This document shows positions 33,501 to 43,449 of a stretch of DNA of 64,000 bases, one piece after another; within the stretch, counting starts at the first letter, position 1; each line of letters begins with the position of its first letter. Both the position numbers and the translations under genes were made by a program. Below the pieces are notes generated by a model. That model was given only the letters and a program-made list of their open reading frames with translations. It ran no database searches and had not been told where the DNA came from. Source of the DNA: Carpediemonas membranifera BICM (taxonomy: Eukaryota; Protista; Fornicata). The DNA lies in the NCBI GenBank assembly GCA_019828565.1, contig JAHDYR010000038.1, forward strand, positions 1,310,265 through 1,374,264, in the 5' to 3' direction.

Positions 33501-35565
33501 CGTGCTGAAGCTAAAGGCCTTGCTAGACACGTGCGAGGACGACGAGACGCTCCGTTTCGTCTCCCACATCTTCGCCATCCTCTCCACTGTAGCTTCCCGT
33601 CGCCACGACCTCGCCGAGATGGGCGTGGTCCGCGCTATCGCATCCCTTCTCTACTGTTCGGACGGGGACGCCCAGCGGAACTGCGTCGCCTTCCTTCTCG
33701 GATGCTCTGCCGCGGCAAACGTGCGCGCTGTCGTCTCTGATCCCAACGTCGTCGCCGGACTCGTCTGCGCCCTCTCCAACCCCGACCACGCCATGCTGAG
33801 GCTGACCTTGCGGCTGCTCACGGTGCTGGTGCTCCATAAGAACGTCTCGTACGACTCCCTCCTGGAGGCAGCAGGGGAATACCCCGTCATCGGCCGGCTC
33901 GTTGAGATACTCGAGTGCCCAGAGCCCGCGGCACAGAAGTACGCCACGCGGTTGCTTGCTTACTTCTACAGCGGCGACGGGAGCAGACGCACGGATGCCC
34001 CAGAGGCGAGAGCTGCCTTCCTCAGGCGGACCGAGGCCCTCGCAGCACTCCAGTTGACAATCAACGGCGAGGACGTCTCGGGTCTGACCGCTGTGTGTCG
34101 CGTGCTCCCTAAGCTTCTTACAGGCGTCGGCCGCATCAACATCCTCGCCGAAGCCGGCCAGCTAGCCCTCGGCCTTTGTACGACAGGTCCTTTCCTCGCC
34201 ACTATGCTCGCACACGGTCTCGCTGAGTCGATCCAGACTCTCATGGGGGGCCTTTATAACCCAATGGTCCGTTCATTCGGGCCCGACCGACCGCCCTCAC
34301 GACCGTCCTCGGCGATGTCGGCGAAGTCGGGCTATTCGCGGATCAGTACAGCGAGTACGACAATGCAGATGGACAGCGCGGCAGGTGGTCCCGAGATCCA
34401 GCGGGCGTATGTCGCGTTCACTCTCGCGCTGATGATTAGCGAGAATGACGACGGACTTGAGCGACTGACAGACGTCGAGGACCCATTCCACAACCTAGGA
34501 CTGGATACTCTCGTCCTGGTCTACCTCAACAGCGCCACGCCCGCCGTCTCAGCGATCAGAGACGGCGCACTCGCCCTGTTCTGCCGCCTGGCGGTCGTCC
34601 CCTCTATTGCTGAGGCCATCATCCACGAGCAGACGACGTTTGAGGTCGAGGACGGAGACATCAGCGTGCTAGAGACAGCTGTAGACATGGCCATGCTCAT
34701 GAACGGCATCGGCATGATCGAGCAGAGTCTCAGGCTACTTGACGCTATTGCCTCCACCGACGCGGTCGACCTCATAACGCAGGAGGATGTTATCAACCTG
34801 CTCGCAACACGGGCAACAACAGATGACGAACACGCACTCGCAGCAGCTGTAGTTCTCACGAAGATGGACCCCAGCGCCGTGGCAGACGCTGGTAGCGCCG
34901 ACGCCGTCTCCTCCCTCATCGCATCCCCCCAGCCCGCTGTCCGCGACCACGGCCTCAGGATTGTGGGAAAGATCTTGAATATCAGACCCGAATCTTGTGA
35001 TACAGACAATATCATGGCGGTCGCGATGGAAGTCGCGCGCGTGTTCCCTGAGGCCGACGTTGACAGCGTCATTGGCGCACTGGGCCGCGGGGCAACCCTT
35101 GAGCTCTACGCCGACCACGCGGCCGCCCACCGTCTCACGAGAGCTCTTCTTATCAGCTATTTTGAGTCCATCCCGCTAGGTCACCACGATCCGATCTTTG
35201 CCGCAGATTTGATTGCCTGGCTAACAAGCCCTTCCGGCTCGGCTGGTCTCGAGGAGGCCGTGGTTGAACGGGTTGCCAAGGCTGCGGGGAATGCAGTTAA
35301 GTTCATGCTCTTTGCAGACTGCGCCGACGGTGCTCCTCTGATTGAAGTGATCAAAACCATCGTCACGGTCGGGAAAAAGGTCACTCGCGAGGTAGCCCTT
35401 GTTCTTGTGGGCAATGAGGCCGTCTCGCGGTCGCTGCTGTCGATGGCTGACAAGCGCCGCAAGCCTGCTCATCCTCTAAGGAAGCAGGTGGGCGCGCTCT
35501 TCACAGTTTTGACCGGTGATGCGGAGGTCAAGAGAGTCATGCGCAGTTTTGAGCCTTGGGGCTGA
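27562..35565 (+). CDS. Giant ARM-repeat / long coiled-coil / ARM-repeat protein (~2670 aa)
   Basis: ARM-like repeats at both ends, ~1400-aa heptad region with internal repeats DDGSA[EA]KIAEL..ELE and EEKQRDVNY[FY]RTL. Confidence 0.8.
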   Translation: MTQFAKGARSTMDVFKALKEYKSLSDLKTALRELCNMFSEDTDLACPCIEDVLVHLGSEDDEVVCYALAAIINITTNLENHAAFRAANGIARVIDCLALDRAEESASDIQRFSLRCICNLASAPPNMIPLVEAGVLTHLQRTLATVTDTDILLFALGCLLHLFTVPVIIQKSYEHPKLYIDLVGLLECDNSRLQRYAVGVLNNLMADDGALFKILGLDVLVQYRALADSKDDKLRAHVWKGIQSIADAASILLEQPASQEETDESVFRIQIAALTKQNAGLRAQHRELVEAKDKAEDEALNLRHELKDAQADIKALSSSAGSSNEKFTVLRNEISALKKELAESRHTEAEGARMVEQYREELARATQQAETIEQVGPETEAKVNGLTAEVARLDGLVRQLEDDLAARSKELDRAVVAKGQVESRVSQLSKQLTAERKKGESLAQTDNDAAARIKQLTAELNIRDEDDERRVEAHNAEVESLHARILAMDEQLASLTKGLADAEERARQEATRARRAGVLASDTKLLETKLEEAKQRALKALQGEKDACGAAERYRLEVEALGAAQDRVSTDSASARKAYEARLDALTGQNQRYAESIEGLQNDLHEQVHRAEAAEAALKTAREKAGQAEAEARRIKASIKASAGQDEEASLRIAALTKELDIRESADAGRTRDHEREVEALHMTIATLEAAQVQLERQVRDQQTRLDSAPPFAASDIKEAKRRASEMEAKAAEAAADLELALAAEKEATAKVLQYQAEVAELSATAEKREAALTGNLSHVQLELGETADANEVLRNELREHRDRIQNLVESAKELEAARDSAVAEKDRLEAKVSSLIDQSGSEQWAHDRIAALEHEMEVRDQQETARVREESTETAKLSAKLVELQREHDEAVERLAVVQLEAGTVKGELKEAVVERDCLSTELGDLQARYDALIAQTNSSDSLATAATTRITELEHEIAVRDADDKKLAAEHEKSISKLEGALATVESERDELAEKVESLNADLRDRQAAIESVAEEDAPARVVALEAEVERLNAELEKTKAAETAATEQSMALSDEIRIREAAEVQREASHSMELAGLEAKVLEQNAKVEELEETASNLVSDNENLREMAETALADKETLKATLDATTAELEAAQANQESIAGADDDAMQRIMALETELALRDKEQEAKAIDSLSLQEKLTAELDQATRALEQVTAEAEAYKTDLAEAADHMEQMEGFYKAQIEQLESSDDGSAEKIAELKNELENQVKYAREELSGRDSRIAELMASIEALNDDLEEKQRDVNYFRTLYDTVSGNLTQLKQEVAATAEVEPDDDGSAEKIAELKAELERQVSHAHSEVEARERRIADLEKAVEELKEAAEEKQRDVNYYRTLHNEVAENLAQATATAGAADDGSAAKIAELQAELERITEYYHELLAEKDRAVQEQQVVDDSEEVTATLRREVARLTAELEAVEEISGARATAAGDSAAAALDRVRELTRELESQATYYQELVQEKVERIEELEATTTAERDGMSDAVIAVQQERDGLRDSARQLQAEVDSLERQVADAGDTIAILKKELDTQTRTATEEVKELESTIEELRQQLADGAVQAQQAKAAADEEKEALMLSIKRSEIEVERYKDLATMDGLQEAVTVNLREADDLLEETIKATAPRSTPAVPDSVLETLRRREALDKGVEPPSARKPPIGRPARRSFTQIASRHAQRMDELEAETARLQTAKQQAAEADRTRLLSSRAVSEHPAVSTIVSNNVRLAHSLQSGETTVDVPQLVRDIKEVAPAFPRAFVVRRVPTDDGVQLASNVAKLAVCVALSPDLACEAYSEEIIATLGDMVSRFHDDVTSYAGMMEKPLAAAIACYALHCLSSLTLQDGAEFDLIDSNALPALVSYIPDSDALAVIADPLILSTFTTSLQVAAAVATCERGRSALMALDFLEALDRLLEVTPVGSDSTAMTVRRYAVKCLRNMALGNSVRPQVNNSIVLKLKALLDTCEDDETLRFVSHIFAILSTVASRRHDLAEMGVVRAIASLLYCSDGDAQRNCVAFLLGCSAAANVRAVVSDPNVVAGLVCALSNPDHAMLRLTLRLLTVLVLHKNVSYDSLLEAAGEYPVIGRLVEILECPEPAAQKYATRLLAYFYSGDGSRRTDAPEARAAFLRRTEALAALQLTINGEDVSGLTAVCRVLPKLLTGVGRINILAEAGQLALGLCTTGPFLATMLAHGLAESIQTLMGGLYNPMVRSFGPDRPPSRPSSAMSAKSGYSRISTASTTMQMDSAAGGPEIQRAYVAFTLALMISENDDGLERLTDVEDPFHNLGLDTLVLVYLNSATPAVSAIRDGALALFCRLAVVPSIAEAIIHEQTTFEVEDGDISVLETAVDMAMLMNGIGMIEQSLRLLDAIASTDAVDLITQEDVINLLATRATTDDEHALAAAVVLTKMDPSAVADAGSADAVSSLIASPQPAVRDHGLRIVGKILNIRPESCDTDNIMAVAMEVARVFPEADVDSVIGALGRGATLELYADHAAAHRLTRALLISYFESIPLGHHDPIFAADLIAWLTSPSGSAGLEEAVVERVAKAAGNAVKFMLFADCADGAPLIEVIKTIVTVGKKVTREVALVLVGNEAVSRSLLSMADKRRKPAHPLRKQVGALFTVLTGDAEVKRVMRSFEPWG

Positions 35566-35703
35566 GTGCTCACGGTCTAACTCTGCAAGTTGTATCGATA
35601 AATTTATAGTTTCCACGTGCGCAGTTTAGTCCATGCAATCACACGCCAATGATCCGCAATCGAGCAGTAGCTTGGGATACATCATGCAACAACACAACCC
35701 CAG

Positions 35704-37269
35704 CTACGACGGGACCCACACGAGGTCGGAGCACGGCACCCCCTCTTCCATGGCCCGCTTGACCCCCTTAAACCGGGATTCCCCGACGATCGACTGGATA
35801 ATAAAATCTAGCAAATCAGATTCAGTGGATTCGCGCTCCTTGCCCCGAGCTACGGCTTCTTTCGCCTCTTCCAGCGTCGCTCGCATGACATTTTTGAGTA
35901 AAACTGCGAGTGTGAGGTCGACCGCGAGCACCTCGCTCTCTACCACCCTCACGCTCGCTGGAAACACGTCCATGCCCTTGTATCGGAGAAAATCGAGAAA
36001 ACTTGGGACAACCGAGAGAGCCTGGATGGTGATCCACTCGTTCTTTGCCTTCCTGGCCGCCTTCTTGGTCTTGTTCTCAAGCGTAAGCTGCTCCACAGAG
36101 GGTGGCACCTGCTGGTCTAAATATTCGATGATATACTCAATCTGGGGATACATTCTAGCCTTCTTACCGGTCGGGATCCCCTGCATTCGGCTTGTGTAGT
36201 CCATGTCCTCAGCGACGCCCGCAGGGAAGCTCTTCGCTGACCTAACCTTCAGCGAGCTCCATAGCGACGCTCCCGAGGCCTTTCTCCTGACAGCCATCTC
36301 ATAAATTTGCTGCTGACGATCCCGGTCCTCAATGAATTCAAGCAAGAACTGCGTGTGCCCCACCTGTTGCAGTCTGGTGGGCAGCTGTACTGGTCTGCCG
36401 AGCTCCTTGAGTGCTGTTACCAGCATGCTCTCAGCTGATGTCCCTGATACCACCAGCCTCATGGCCGCCGTCTGGACAGATACGATTCGGGTCGCCTCGT
36501 CGGCCCATGACCCGATCCAGCACTGGACGACGGGGTACAGCCAGTGCTCCTCCACGCCCCCTATCTCCTTGGCTCTGCTGGATTCTACCTCACCGTCCAC
36601 GAGCTCCATGGCGGCTACACGATGCTCCAGTGTCTTTAGAGCCGCATCGTTGAGGTCGACTGCCGCGAGCATGGTCCCGTACGCCTCGGCCATGGTCTGG
36701 TCGGCAGTGTCGGGCAGGCTAACCAGGGGCATGGCTCCGTCGATGCCGTCGGGGAACTCCTCGGCTAGCTGTGCGTAGAGCTCGGCAAGGCGGCCGTTGG
36801 CGCTGTTCTGCGCGTCATTCAACTCCTGCTCACGTTCGTCTATCCGCTTGTGCCTATGCTGTGCCGTGTCGAGGTCTACACCGCCGTTGGTCTTCAGCAT
36901 CTTGATAGCCTCAGACTCGATGAAGTCCTCAGCGTGGTCGCCACTTAGGTTCAGCTTCATGGCCTCTTCTCGCGTCTTGGCGGCTACGAGGATGGCGCGT
37001 ATGTCTAGGATGCGGCTGTCCGCAGCTTCCTTTGCTCGTTGGACGGCCGTGAGTTCGTTGCGGACACGAGCAACCTCTGTGAGGCTGTCCGCGACAGAAT
37101 GAACCCATGCTGACTCCAATACGTTTGCATCTGTGGTCTTTCGGTGTATAAGATCTTTCTGGATGAGGACGAGGCGTTCGATCAATTTCTGACGCCGCTG
37201 CTGCGACGCCTCCACTTCAGAGCTCAGGCTACTGATCTTTTCCTGCAATTGTGCCTTGCCATCGCGCAT
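35704..37269 (-). CDS. Hypothetical coiled-coil protein
   Basis: 521-aa ORF with host-like codon usage; no recognised domain. Confidence 0.55.
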   Translation of the reverse strand: MRDGKAQLQEKISSLSSEVEASQQRRQKLIERLVLIQKDLIHRKTTDANVLESAWVHSVADSLTEVARVRNELTAVQRAKEAADSRILDIRAILVAAKTREEAMKLNLSGDHAEDFIESEAIKMLKTNGGVDLDTAQHRHKRIDEREQELNDAQNSANGRLAELYAQLAEEFPDGIDGAMPLVSLPDTADQTMAEAYGTMLAAVDLNDAALKTLEHRVAAMELVDGEVESSRAKEIGGVEEHWLYPVVQCWIGSWADEATRIVSVQTAAMRLVVSGTSAESMLVTALKELGRPVQLPTRLQQVGHTQFLLEFIEDRDRQQQIYEMAVRRKASGASLWSSLKVRSAKSFPAGVAEDMDYTSRMQGIPTGKKARMYPQIEYIIEYLDQQVPPSVEQLTLENKTKKAARKAKNEWITIQALSVVPSFLDFLRYKGMDVFPASVRVVESEVLAVDLTLAVLLKNVMRATLEEAKEAVARGKERESTESDLLDFIIQSIVGESRFKGVKRAMEEGVPCSDLVWVPS

Positions 37270-37530
37270 TGGGCGTCAATAAGGCCAATATTGCCTGGAA
37301 TAGTTGCGATGTTCTGATGGGGAGCTAGCCTGCACGACTCGTCACCCTCTGCCCCCTGGGCCCTGATCTCGCGTTGGATGGTGGTGCGCAGTGCTTCGCT
37401 ATCATGGCGACATTTCCGGCGCTTCCGATGTGTTCAGTCTGACCTCCGTGTGGCTGATGCCACGGTCGTCACCAATGACGGACTGCTTGACTTCACACTG
37501 TCAATAAACTCGCTAAGGCCGCTGATTACT

Positions 37531-40338
37531 ATGCCACATGACTCGGGCGACTCTAATGACGAGTTCAAAGGCCAGATGCCGAGAAAGCCCCGGGTTTCGC
37601 GGAACAAGAAGCGACCGAGAGGGAAGAAGGGCAATGCTATAAGCAAAATCGCTAGAAAGACAGGTGTGTTATCAGATTCCGCTCCATCGTCCATCGTACC
37701 ACCGCCCGAAGCTCCACACGACGTAAAGCATCCCAGACGGCTTGACGACATCGCCGACGACTCCAACTATGCCGCCGAATGGACGCAGGAGTACGATGAG
37801 ATGGAGTGCCTTGTCCAGCGCATCCACGAGACGATGGCCGATGAGCGCATTCGCCTCCTCCGCCGCGGCGCCCAGGCCCGTCCCGCCCCAGCCCTAGACA
37901 CGACAGATATGCCAGGTCTGAGTGCTCACCCCACTGAGGCCGACTTCTCTGCGCGACCAGCGCCCTTGCCTCGTTATCGTGCGTTCACCCACTTGCAGGA
38001 GAACATCTGCGTTGAAGTGGACTCGTACAGGCAGCCGAAGAAGCTGATGTCCTTCCCCTCCACTATGCTACATCCTGATGGCACTTATGAGAACGCCGTC
38101 AAAGTTTTGGCCCAGCGTGAGAAGGAGATGGATGTCACCGACCAGTTCAAGATCAACGGCCCCGAGGACGACGTCTCGGAGGACGAGTTCCTTGTCCAGG
38201 CACTCTCTGCAGAGGTTGAGAAGCTCGAGGGTGCGAACCAGCGCCTGACTACAGGTAACACGAGCGCCATCTTCGAGAACGTCACCCGTGTTGCCGCCCA
38301 GTACCAGAGGCAGCACGGTTGGGCTTTCAGTACTCACCAGGTCGAGTCCAGGCTGCAGGACCTCGTGCCCTGGATCACCCCGGATCCATCACCATCTGTG
38401 GCTGCGTCTTTTACTGCTTACTGTCCGGTGTGCCATAGATTTATGTGCTCGCTCCACCCCAGACGTAACTTCTTCATGTTCGAGGAACCCACGCCATACG
38501 AGGCGGCTGAGACACCCCCTGATCCAATGATTGAGGCCGCGAGGGACACCATGGTCTTTCCAACTATCGACGAGCAGGCGCCGGTCTACGCTTCGGGTGC
38601 ATATGTCATTGATGACGCTCTGCAGACGCTGATAGATACACATTACGACCGGTGCATGCTTTCGAGGCCAGATCCTATCTTATTCCCCAAGCGTATCTTA
38701 GATTATGTTGATTCTGTCAAATCTATTCTTCCCGAGCCAGATTCGAATCTGAATATTCCCTGGGGAGCCCATGAGGTGGAGGCTGACATCATCCATTGGG
38801 CAATGGCCATCACTGGCGGCAACACGCCCGTCGTGGCTGCCCTGCTCGGCAACAACCGCACGCCTCTCACCGTCTTCGGCTATGCCACGCGTGTGCCCCG
38901 GCTATCACCCACGTCTGACGGCACCTGGCGCCCACGGCCTACGATGGCCATCAGCGAGCCCCCTCCTGAGCCTATTGCAGTGATCGCTCCCTTTGACATG
39001 GACCTCTCCGACGACGACGAGAGCCTGTTTGATGATACCCCAGAGGTCGACGAGGCGAGGCTTTACGACCTCCTCAACGGCCGAGACGCCCTTTCTCTGC
39101 CCCAGTCTCGGGTGGGCGGTCAAGTGTGGGTCGATCCCGCATGTGGGTTCAGAACCTTCGTGGTCGACCGGGAAGACGACGAGTGGGCTGATAAGCCGTC
39201 TGAGATACTCAGTGCAGGCAGACAGCGCGATGTCTACCAGATACACAGCGACAGCCAGGTCGTCGTGGACGAGTTCAGGCCCCTGCAGTGCGCCCTGCCC
39301 GTCTACCTCATCCCTGTGGGCACGGATCTGAGACTACCGGGGCCCGACAAGATGCCGCCCCGTCTGACTTACCACATTGAAGCTGTGCCCGATCCCGAGT
39401 CCGACAGCGACTCCGCAATGCTGATAGAAAGAGCGTTCGTCGATGTCCCGCCCGGCTTCACGCTCCAGGACGCCCTGGAGAGTCACCAGATCCGAGGCGT
39501 CTTCAACCAGACCGCATGCCAGCAGCAGACCCGGGTGCGAGGCTACTGCTACCATCCAGGGCTTCCGTGCGCCTTGCCCTACTGCCAGTGTCTGCAAGAG
39601 TGTGTCAGATCTGACGAATACATCGGGTGTGGCAAGTTCTGTTCCTGCTTGTGCCTCGACTCGCCCTGCAAATACACCTTCAGCGAGTATTGCAGCTGTC
39701 GTCCCAGGTTCGACATGGACCCCAGCTACTCAAGCAAACGGACATGCGTCGATAACTGCAACTGTGCGTCACTCAAGAACACATGTGACCCAGACCTCTG
39801 TCTCTGCGACGAGGTCGACACTAGCACGAGGACGTTCGAAGAGGCACTCGCCCTACAGCCAGCTTTGGAAGCCGACAGACTCTGCATGCCCACGGAACAG
39901 AATTTCTTCCATCTTGTACGCGTCGGTCGGTCAGGAATCCACGGCTTTGGTCTTTTTGCAGCAGAGGAGATCAAGAGAGACAAGTCGATATGTATCTATA
40001 CTGGCGAATATGTTGACCGTCAGGAATCAGACAATGCACGCGATGCATTCTTTAGAGTGGTCGGGACATCTTACAACTTCGGGTTGACCAGCTCGACCCA
40101 TGGTGGTCAGGACGTTGATGCCTTTTTTTTCGGCAACGAAGGCCGCTTTGCGAACCAGCCGAACAACAGGAACCCTGGGAATGCGACGAGTAAGGTTGTC
40201 GTCCTTGGTGATAATACTGTTCAAATCGTCCTCAAAGCATCGCAAAAGATCGCAGTCGGTCAGGAGATCACATTCGACTACAACTGGGTCCCGGGCGCAC
40301 AGGTCGATTTCCTGGGCAATGGCGATAGTGAGGGCTGA
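37531..40338 (+). CDS. Enhancer of zeste-like CXC-SET histone lysine methyltransferase
   Basis: YCPVCHRFMCSLH (EZH MCSS-like), Cys-rich CXC (CYHPG..C..C.C...CGKFCSC...CDPDLC), SET (SGIHGFGLFA, YTGE, RFANQP, GQEITFDY). Confidence 0.75.
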   Translation: MPHDSGDSNDEFKGQMPRKPRVSRNKKRPRGKKGNAISKIARKTGVLSDSAPSSIVPPPEAPHDVKHPRRLDDIADDSNYAAEWTQEYDEMECLVQRIHETMADERIRLLRRGAQARPAPALDTTDMPGLSAHPTEADFSARPAPLPRYRAFTHLQENICVEVDSYRQPKKLMSFPSTMLHPDGTYENAVKVLAQREKEMDVTDQFKINGPEDDVSEDEFLVQALSAEVEKLEGANQRLTTGNTSAIFENVTRVAAQYQRQHGWAFSTHQVESRLQDLVPWITPDPSPSVAASFTAYCPVCHRFMCSLHPRRNFFMFEEPTPYEAAETPPDPMIEAARDTMVFPTIDEQAPVYASGAYVIDDALQTLIDTHYDRCMLSRPDPILFPKRILDYVDSVKSILPEPDSNLNIPWGAHEVEADIIHWAMAITGGNTPVVAALLGNNRTPLTVFGYATRVPRLSPTSDGTWRPRPTMAISEPPPEPIAVIAPFDMDLSDDDESLFDDTPEVDEARLYDLLNGRDALSLPQSRVGGQVWVDPACGFRTFVVDREDDEWADKPSEILSAGRQRDVYQIHSDSQVVVDEFRPLQCALPVYLIPVGTDLRLPGPDKMPPRLTYHIEAVPDPESDSDSAMLIERAFVDVPPGFTLQDALESHQIRGVFNQTACQQQTRVRGYCYHPGLPCALPYCQCLQECVRSDEYIGCGKFCSCLCLDSPCKYTFSEYCSCRPRFDMDPSYSSKRTCVDNCNCASLKNTCDPDLCLCDEVDTSTRTFEEALALQPALEADRLCMPTEQNFFHLVRVGRSGIHGFGLFAAEEIKRDKSICIYTGEYVDRQESDNARDAFFRVVGTSYNFGLTSSTHGGQDVDAFFFGNEGRFANQPNNRNPGNATSKVVVLGDNTVQIVLKASQKIAVGQEITFDYNWVPGAQVDFLGNGDSEG

Positions 40339-40508
40339 GGTCGAATTTTTTATTATTTTATTCTGCGGGTAGCAGTTTGCCATGGTAGACTATTAAAAGC
40401 TTGATATTCATCAATCAATCAAGTGCATGAAGTTCTCTCAGTTGAACAACATTGATCCTCTGCAACCCACCACACGCTGGCGCTACCACTTTACAAACGT
40501 CCCCCACC

Positions 40509-42551
40509 TCACGCGGCGGGCTCTAGGAAGCCGTCGATGATGCTAATAATATCGGCAGTGTCCATCTTGTACGCCCTCCCCTCCGTCGCCGGCCGCTCAA
40601 GGATCTCGGGCGTGGGCTCGGCCTCGGGCGCAGTAGGTAGGGGGGTGAGTACTGAGCGGACAACATCAGTAACGGCCTGCTGGGCAGAGACACTGAGGTT
40701 GGCCCCGCCGACGAGACGCACGACGGTGGAGGCGACGGCGACCTTGAGGCGGTTGGGGATAAGAGTTATCATCTGATTGATATCTGAGGCTACTAGTTCC
40801 AGATCCGCCTCGTGGGGACTATCTATCGGATTATCTACCAAGATCTCGAAAATCTCCGGAACCACCTCGAGCGTGCGTTTGGCCTCAGGCGAATCTTCCT
40901 CGAACCGATCGAGAAGCATCACTGCCAGTCGAACAGCCTGGATCGCGTCGATCGTAGCCAAGCCGGGCAGGCCCTCGATCATCTTATCGATAACCGGCGA
41001 CACGACCCCTCTAAGCTTGGAATGTTCGGACGTGACCAGACCCGCCATGGCCGCCGTCGCCTTGGCCCTGATCCTGGCCTGGAGGTGGCCTCGATATGTC
41101 ACCGCACGCAGTGCGAGCTCAGGGTAGCGTGTCATCGCTGTGGTCCGGAGTAAGGGCACGATCGCGTCATAGCGGTCGAGTAGAGCGAGCAGCAGAGCGG
41201 CTTGGGTCCCCGTCAGCTGTGATCCCACCATGTAGAGGGACTCAACCATCGAGGCTAGGTTGCTGGCCAGGCCGCCGAGTACAACTGAGGGTTGGGCTGA
41301 CACTTCTCGGGCTTTGTCGGCGAGTATTGTAAAGGCGCGGATGATTGCGGGACCAACAACTGGGTCGCTCGAGCGATGGATGCTCGAGAGTGATCTGATG
41401 ATGTCGGAAATATCGGAGGCGGTGCATTCTGAGACAATGGCGGGCAGCTCGGTGGTCAGGAAGAAAAGTTTGCGGGAAGTCGTGACTTCATGGCCGTTGA
41501 TCACACGCGAGAGCTTGACAATATCACCGACGGTCGGACAGAATAGCTCCGTATCTATCACCAGATCTGCTGCCCTTGGTCGGATCTGCGGGTCGAATCT
41601 CACCATGGAGAAAAGCTCCTTGGCCACACCGGCTTCCTCCGGGAACCGTCGCAGGAACTCTCGCGGGTCTATCGCGTGTAGCATGGCTCTATACGCCGAC
41701 GCCCGCTCGGTTCTGCCAGGTGTATGAGTGGCGAGGACGTCGGTGGTCCAGGTCAGCTTACTAGGCCCCACGAGGCCCAGCATGCGAAGAAGGACGAGGC
41801 CTGCAGAGAACACATCTGAGGTCGGGGTGACACTGCCAACCATACACTCTGGAGCAACACTGAGGGGGCAAGGGTGGAGCAGTGCGTTGCCCGACCAGTA
41901 GTGGGGTGGGAGTGCGAAGACGTCGTACTCAGCCATTGTCTCAGAATGGGCGGGTGGGGCGAGCTCCAGCGCGTAGTTGAAGCCTCCCAGGAGCCACCGT
42001 CCGTCCGTCGTTAGGAAGATGGACCCGGGGTTAATGTTCATGTGAAGGAGCTTGTGCTCGTATAGGTAGGCAATGGCGTTGACTAGCGTGCTCATGCCGT
42101 ATAGCAACATGTTCGGGGTGGCTAGGCTGCCATACCGGGGGAGATGGGCCGGGGGTGCCGTCTCGACCCGGTTCAAGTCGAGGAGGGGACCTTCGCTCAC
42201 GAGGGAAAGGATGTGCTCTAGGGTGGTCTGGACAGGCTCTACGGGCACAGCGATGAACGTTGAGTCGACTATGGGTGCGGCGAGGGGCTTGAGGATCCCC
42301 TGGTGGTCGAGGGACGAGAGAATGTCGTAGTCCCGCTCAAAGAGGCGAGCTATGGCTTCTTTCTCTGCTAGAGGCATGGTATGTTCGGTGATTGTCTTGA
42401 GAATGAGGAGGGAAACCTCTCGACCGGTGTGGGGATCGATTGCGGAGTATAGGTACACCGCTGAGGCAAAACAGCACTGGCACAGATATTGACAGTCTGA
42501 ATACTGACCAACAGTCCCTAGAGGAGGGACTGGGAGCTTCTCTGCTTTCAT
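40509..42551 (-). CDS. SCY1-like (SCYL2-type) pseudokinase; start uncertain
   Basis: LSSLDHQGIL, VEPVQTTL, LLHMNINPGSIFLTTDGRWLLGGF, APE, SDVFSAG, followed by HEAT-like helices. Confidence 0.7.
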   Translation of the reverse strand: MKAEKLPVPPLGTVGQYSDCQYLCQCCFASAVYLYSAIDPHTGREVSLLILKTITEHTMPLAEKEAIARLFERDYDILSSLDHQGILKPLAAPIVDSTFIAVPVEPVQTTLEHILSLVSEGPLLDLNRVETAPPAHLPRYGSLATPNMLLYGMSTLVNAIAYLYEHKLLHMNINPGSIFLTTDGRWLLGGFNYALELAPPAHSETMAEYDVFALPPHYWSGNALLHPCPLSVAPECMVGSVTPTSDVFSAGLVLLRMLGLVGPSKLTWTTDVLATHTPGRTERASAYRAMLHAIDPREFLRRFPEEAGVAKELFSMVRFDPQIRPRAADLVIDTELFCPTVGDIVKLSRVINGHEVTTSRKLFFLTTELPAIVSECTASDISDIIRSLSSIHRSSDPVVGPAIIRAFTILADKAREVSAQPSVVLGGLASNLASMVESLYMVGSQLTGTQAALLLALLDRYDAIVPLLRTTAMTRYPELALRAVTYRGHLQARIRAKATAAMAGLVTSEHSKLRGVVSPVIDKMIEGLPGLATIDAIQAVRLAVMLLDRFEEDSPEAKRTLEVVPEIFEILVDNPIDSPHEADLELVASDINQMITLIPNRLKVAVASTVVRLVGGANLSVSAQQAVTDVVRSVLTPLPTAPEAEPTPEILERPATEGRAYKMDTADIISIIDGFLEPAA

Positions 42552-42702
42552 TTCGCCATCATGGTTCGCAGTACTAAACTGCGCGCTGTAAAAACAAGCA
42601 CTGTTGGCCGCCCTAGCCGAGCCCATGCCTACTGTGCAGCATGCGGTCTCCTGGCGTGATTTTGGGGCTGTCGAGTCTCGACTGCATAACAACTAGAAGA
42701 GG

Positions 42703-43449
42703 ATGAGCGACGACGACGTAGGGATTATCCTGGACGAAAATGTTGAGCGGTGTGGCGTACAGGATGCAGAGCCAAAGAACAAATCCGCCATTGCACTCTG
42801 GAGCTTCAAGGAAGACGAAATGGGCTTGTCCCACAAGGTTTTCGACCCCGAAGCTTGGAAAGAGCTTCACGAAGACCAGTGCTACGTTGTCCTCCATGCA
42901 TATATCGAGAATCGCGAACACATCAAGAACGACCTCCCCTCCGCGGACAAATCCGAGGACAAGGTGTCCCTCGTCGATGTTTTGGAGAAGCAGCTCTCCA
43001 AGATTGTCCCGGAGACCCTGCAGCAGGCGTTCAACGGTGCAGACAGAGACCGCTTCGACCTCTACACTGATGTATTCCGAACGGACCTTCCCATCCGCCA
43101 CCGTTACTCCATCTACGTCTGGGAGGGCAAGGCAGCGCCCATCTCTGCCAAAGCAGCTGCTCTCGAGTATGCCTACACCCTGGACAGGAAGCTCGGCATG
43201 GGCATCCGCCAGGAGTCTGTCCGAGCTCTCCTAGCATTGGACTCGACCCGCATCCTAGATGTGATTTGCCCAGCCATGGTGCTCGGGTTGATGAGGGGAT
43301 CTGAGGTGCTTGAGAGAACTCGGCAGACCCAGGTGATCTCGCTCCTCCACTCTTGCCAGTTTATCAGACGAGAGTTGCTGTCGTTTGGCCTGTCAGCCAT
43401 GCAGCCCGAGACGAACGAGCCCGCCCGACGGGACTTCATCCGTGCGTGA
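42703..43449 (+). CDS. Protein with a gelsolin/villin-like domain
   Basis: QCYVVLH ... YSIYVWEGK..PISAKAAALEYAYTLDRKL. Confidence 0.55.
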   Translation: MSDDDVGIILDENVERCGVQDAEPKNKSAIALWSFKEDEMGLSHKVFDPEAWKELHEDQCYVVLHAYIENREHIKNDLPSADKSEDKVSLVDVLEKQLSKIVPETLQQAFNGADRDRFDLYTDVFRTDLPIRHRYSIYVWEGKAAPISAKAAALEYAYTLDRKLGMGIRQESVRALLALDSTRILDVICPAMVLGLMRGSEVLERTRQTQVISLLHSCQFIRRELLSFGLSAMQPETNEPARRDFIRA

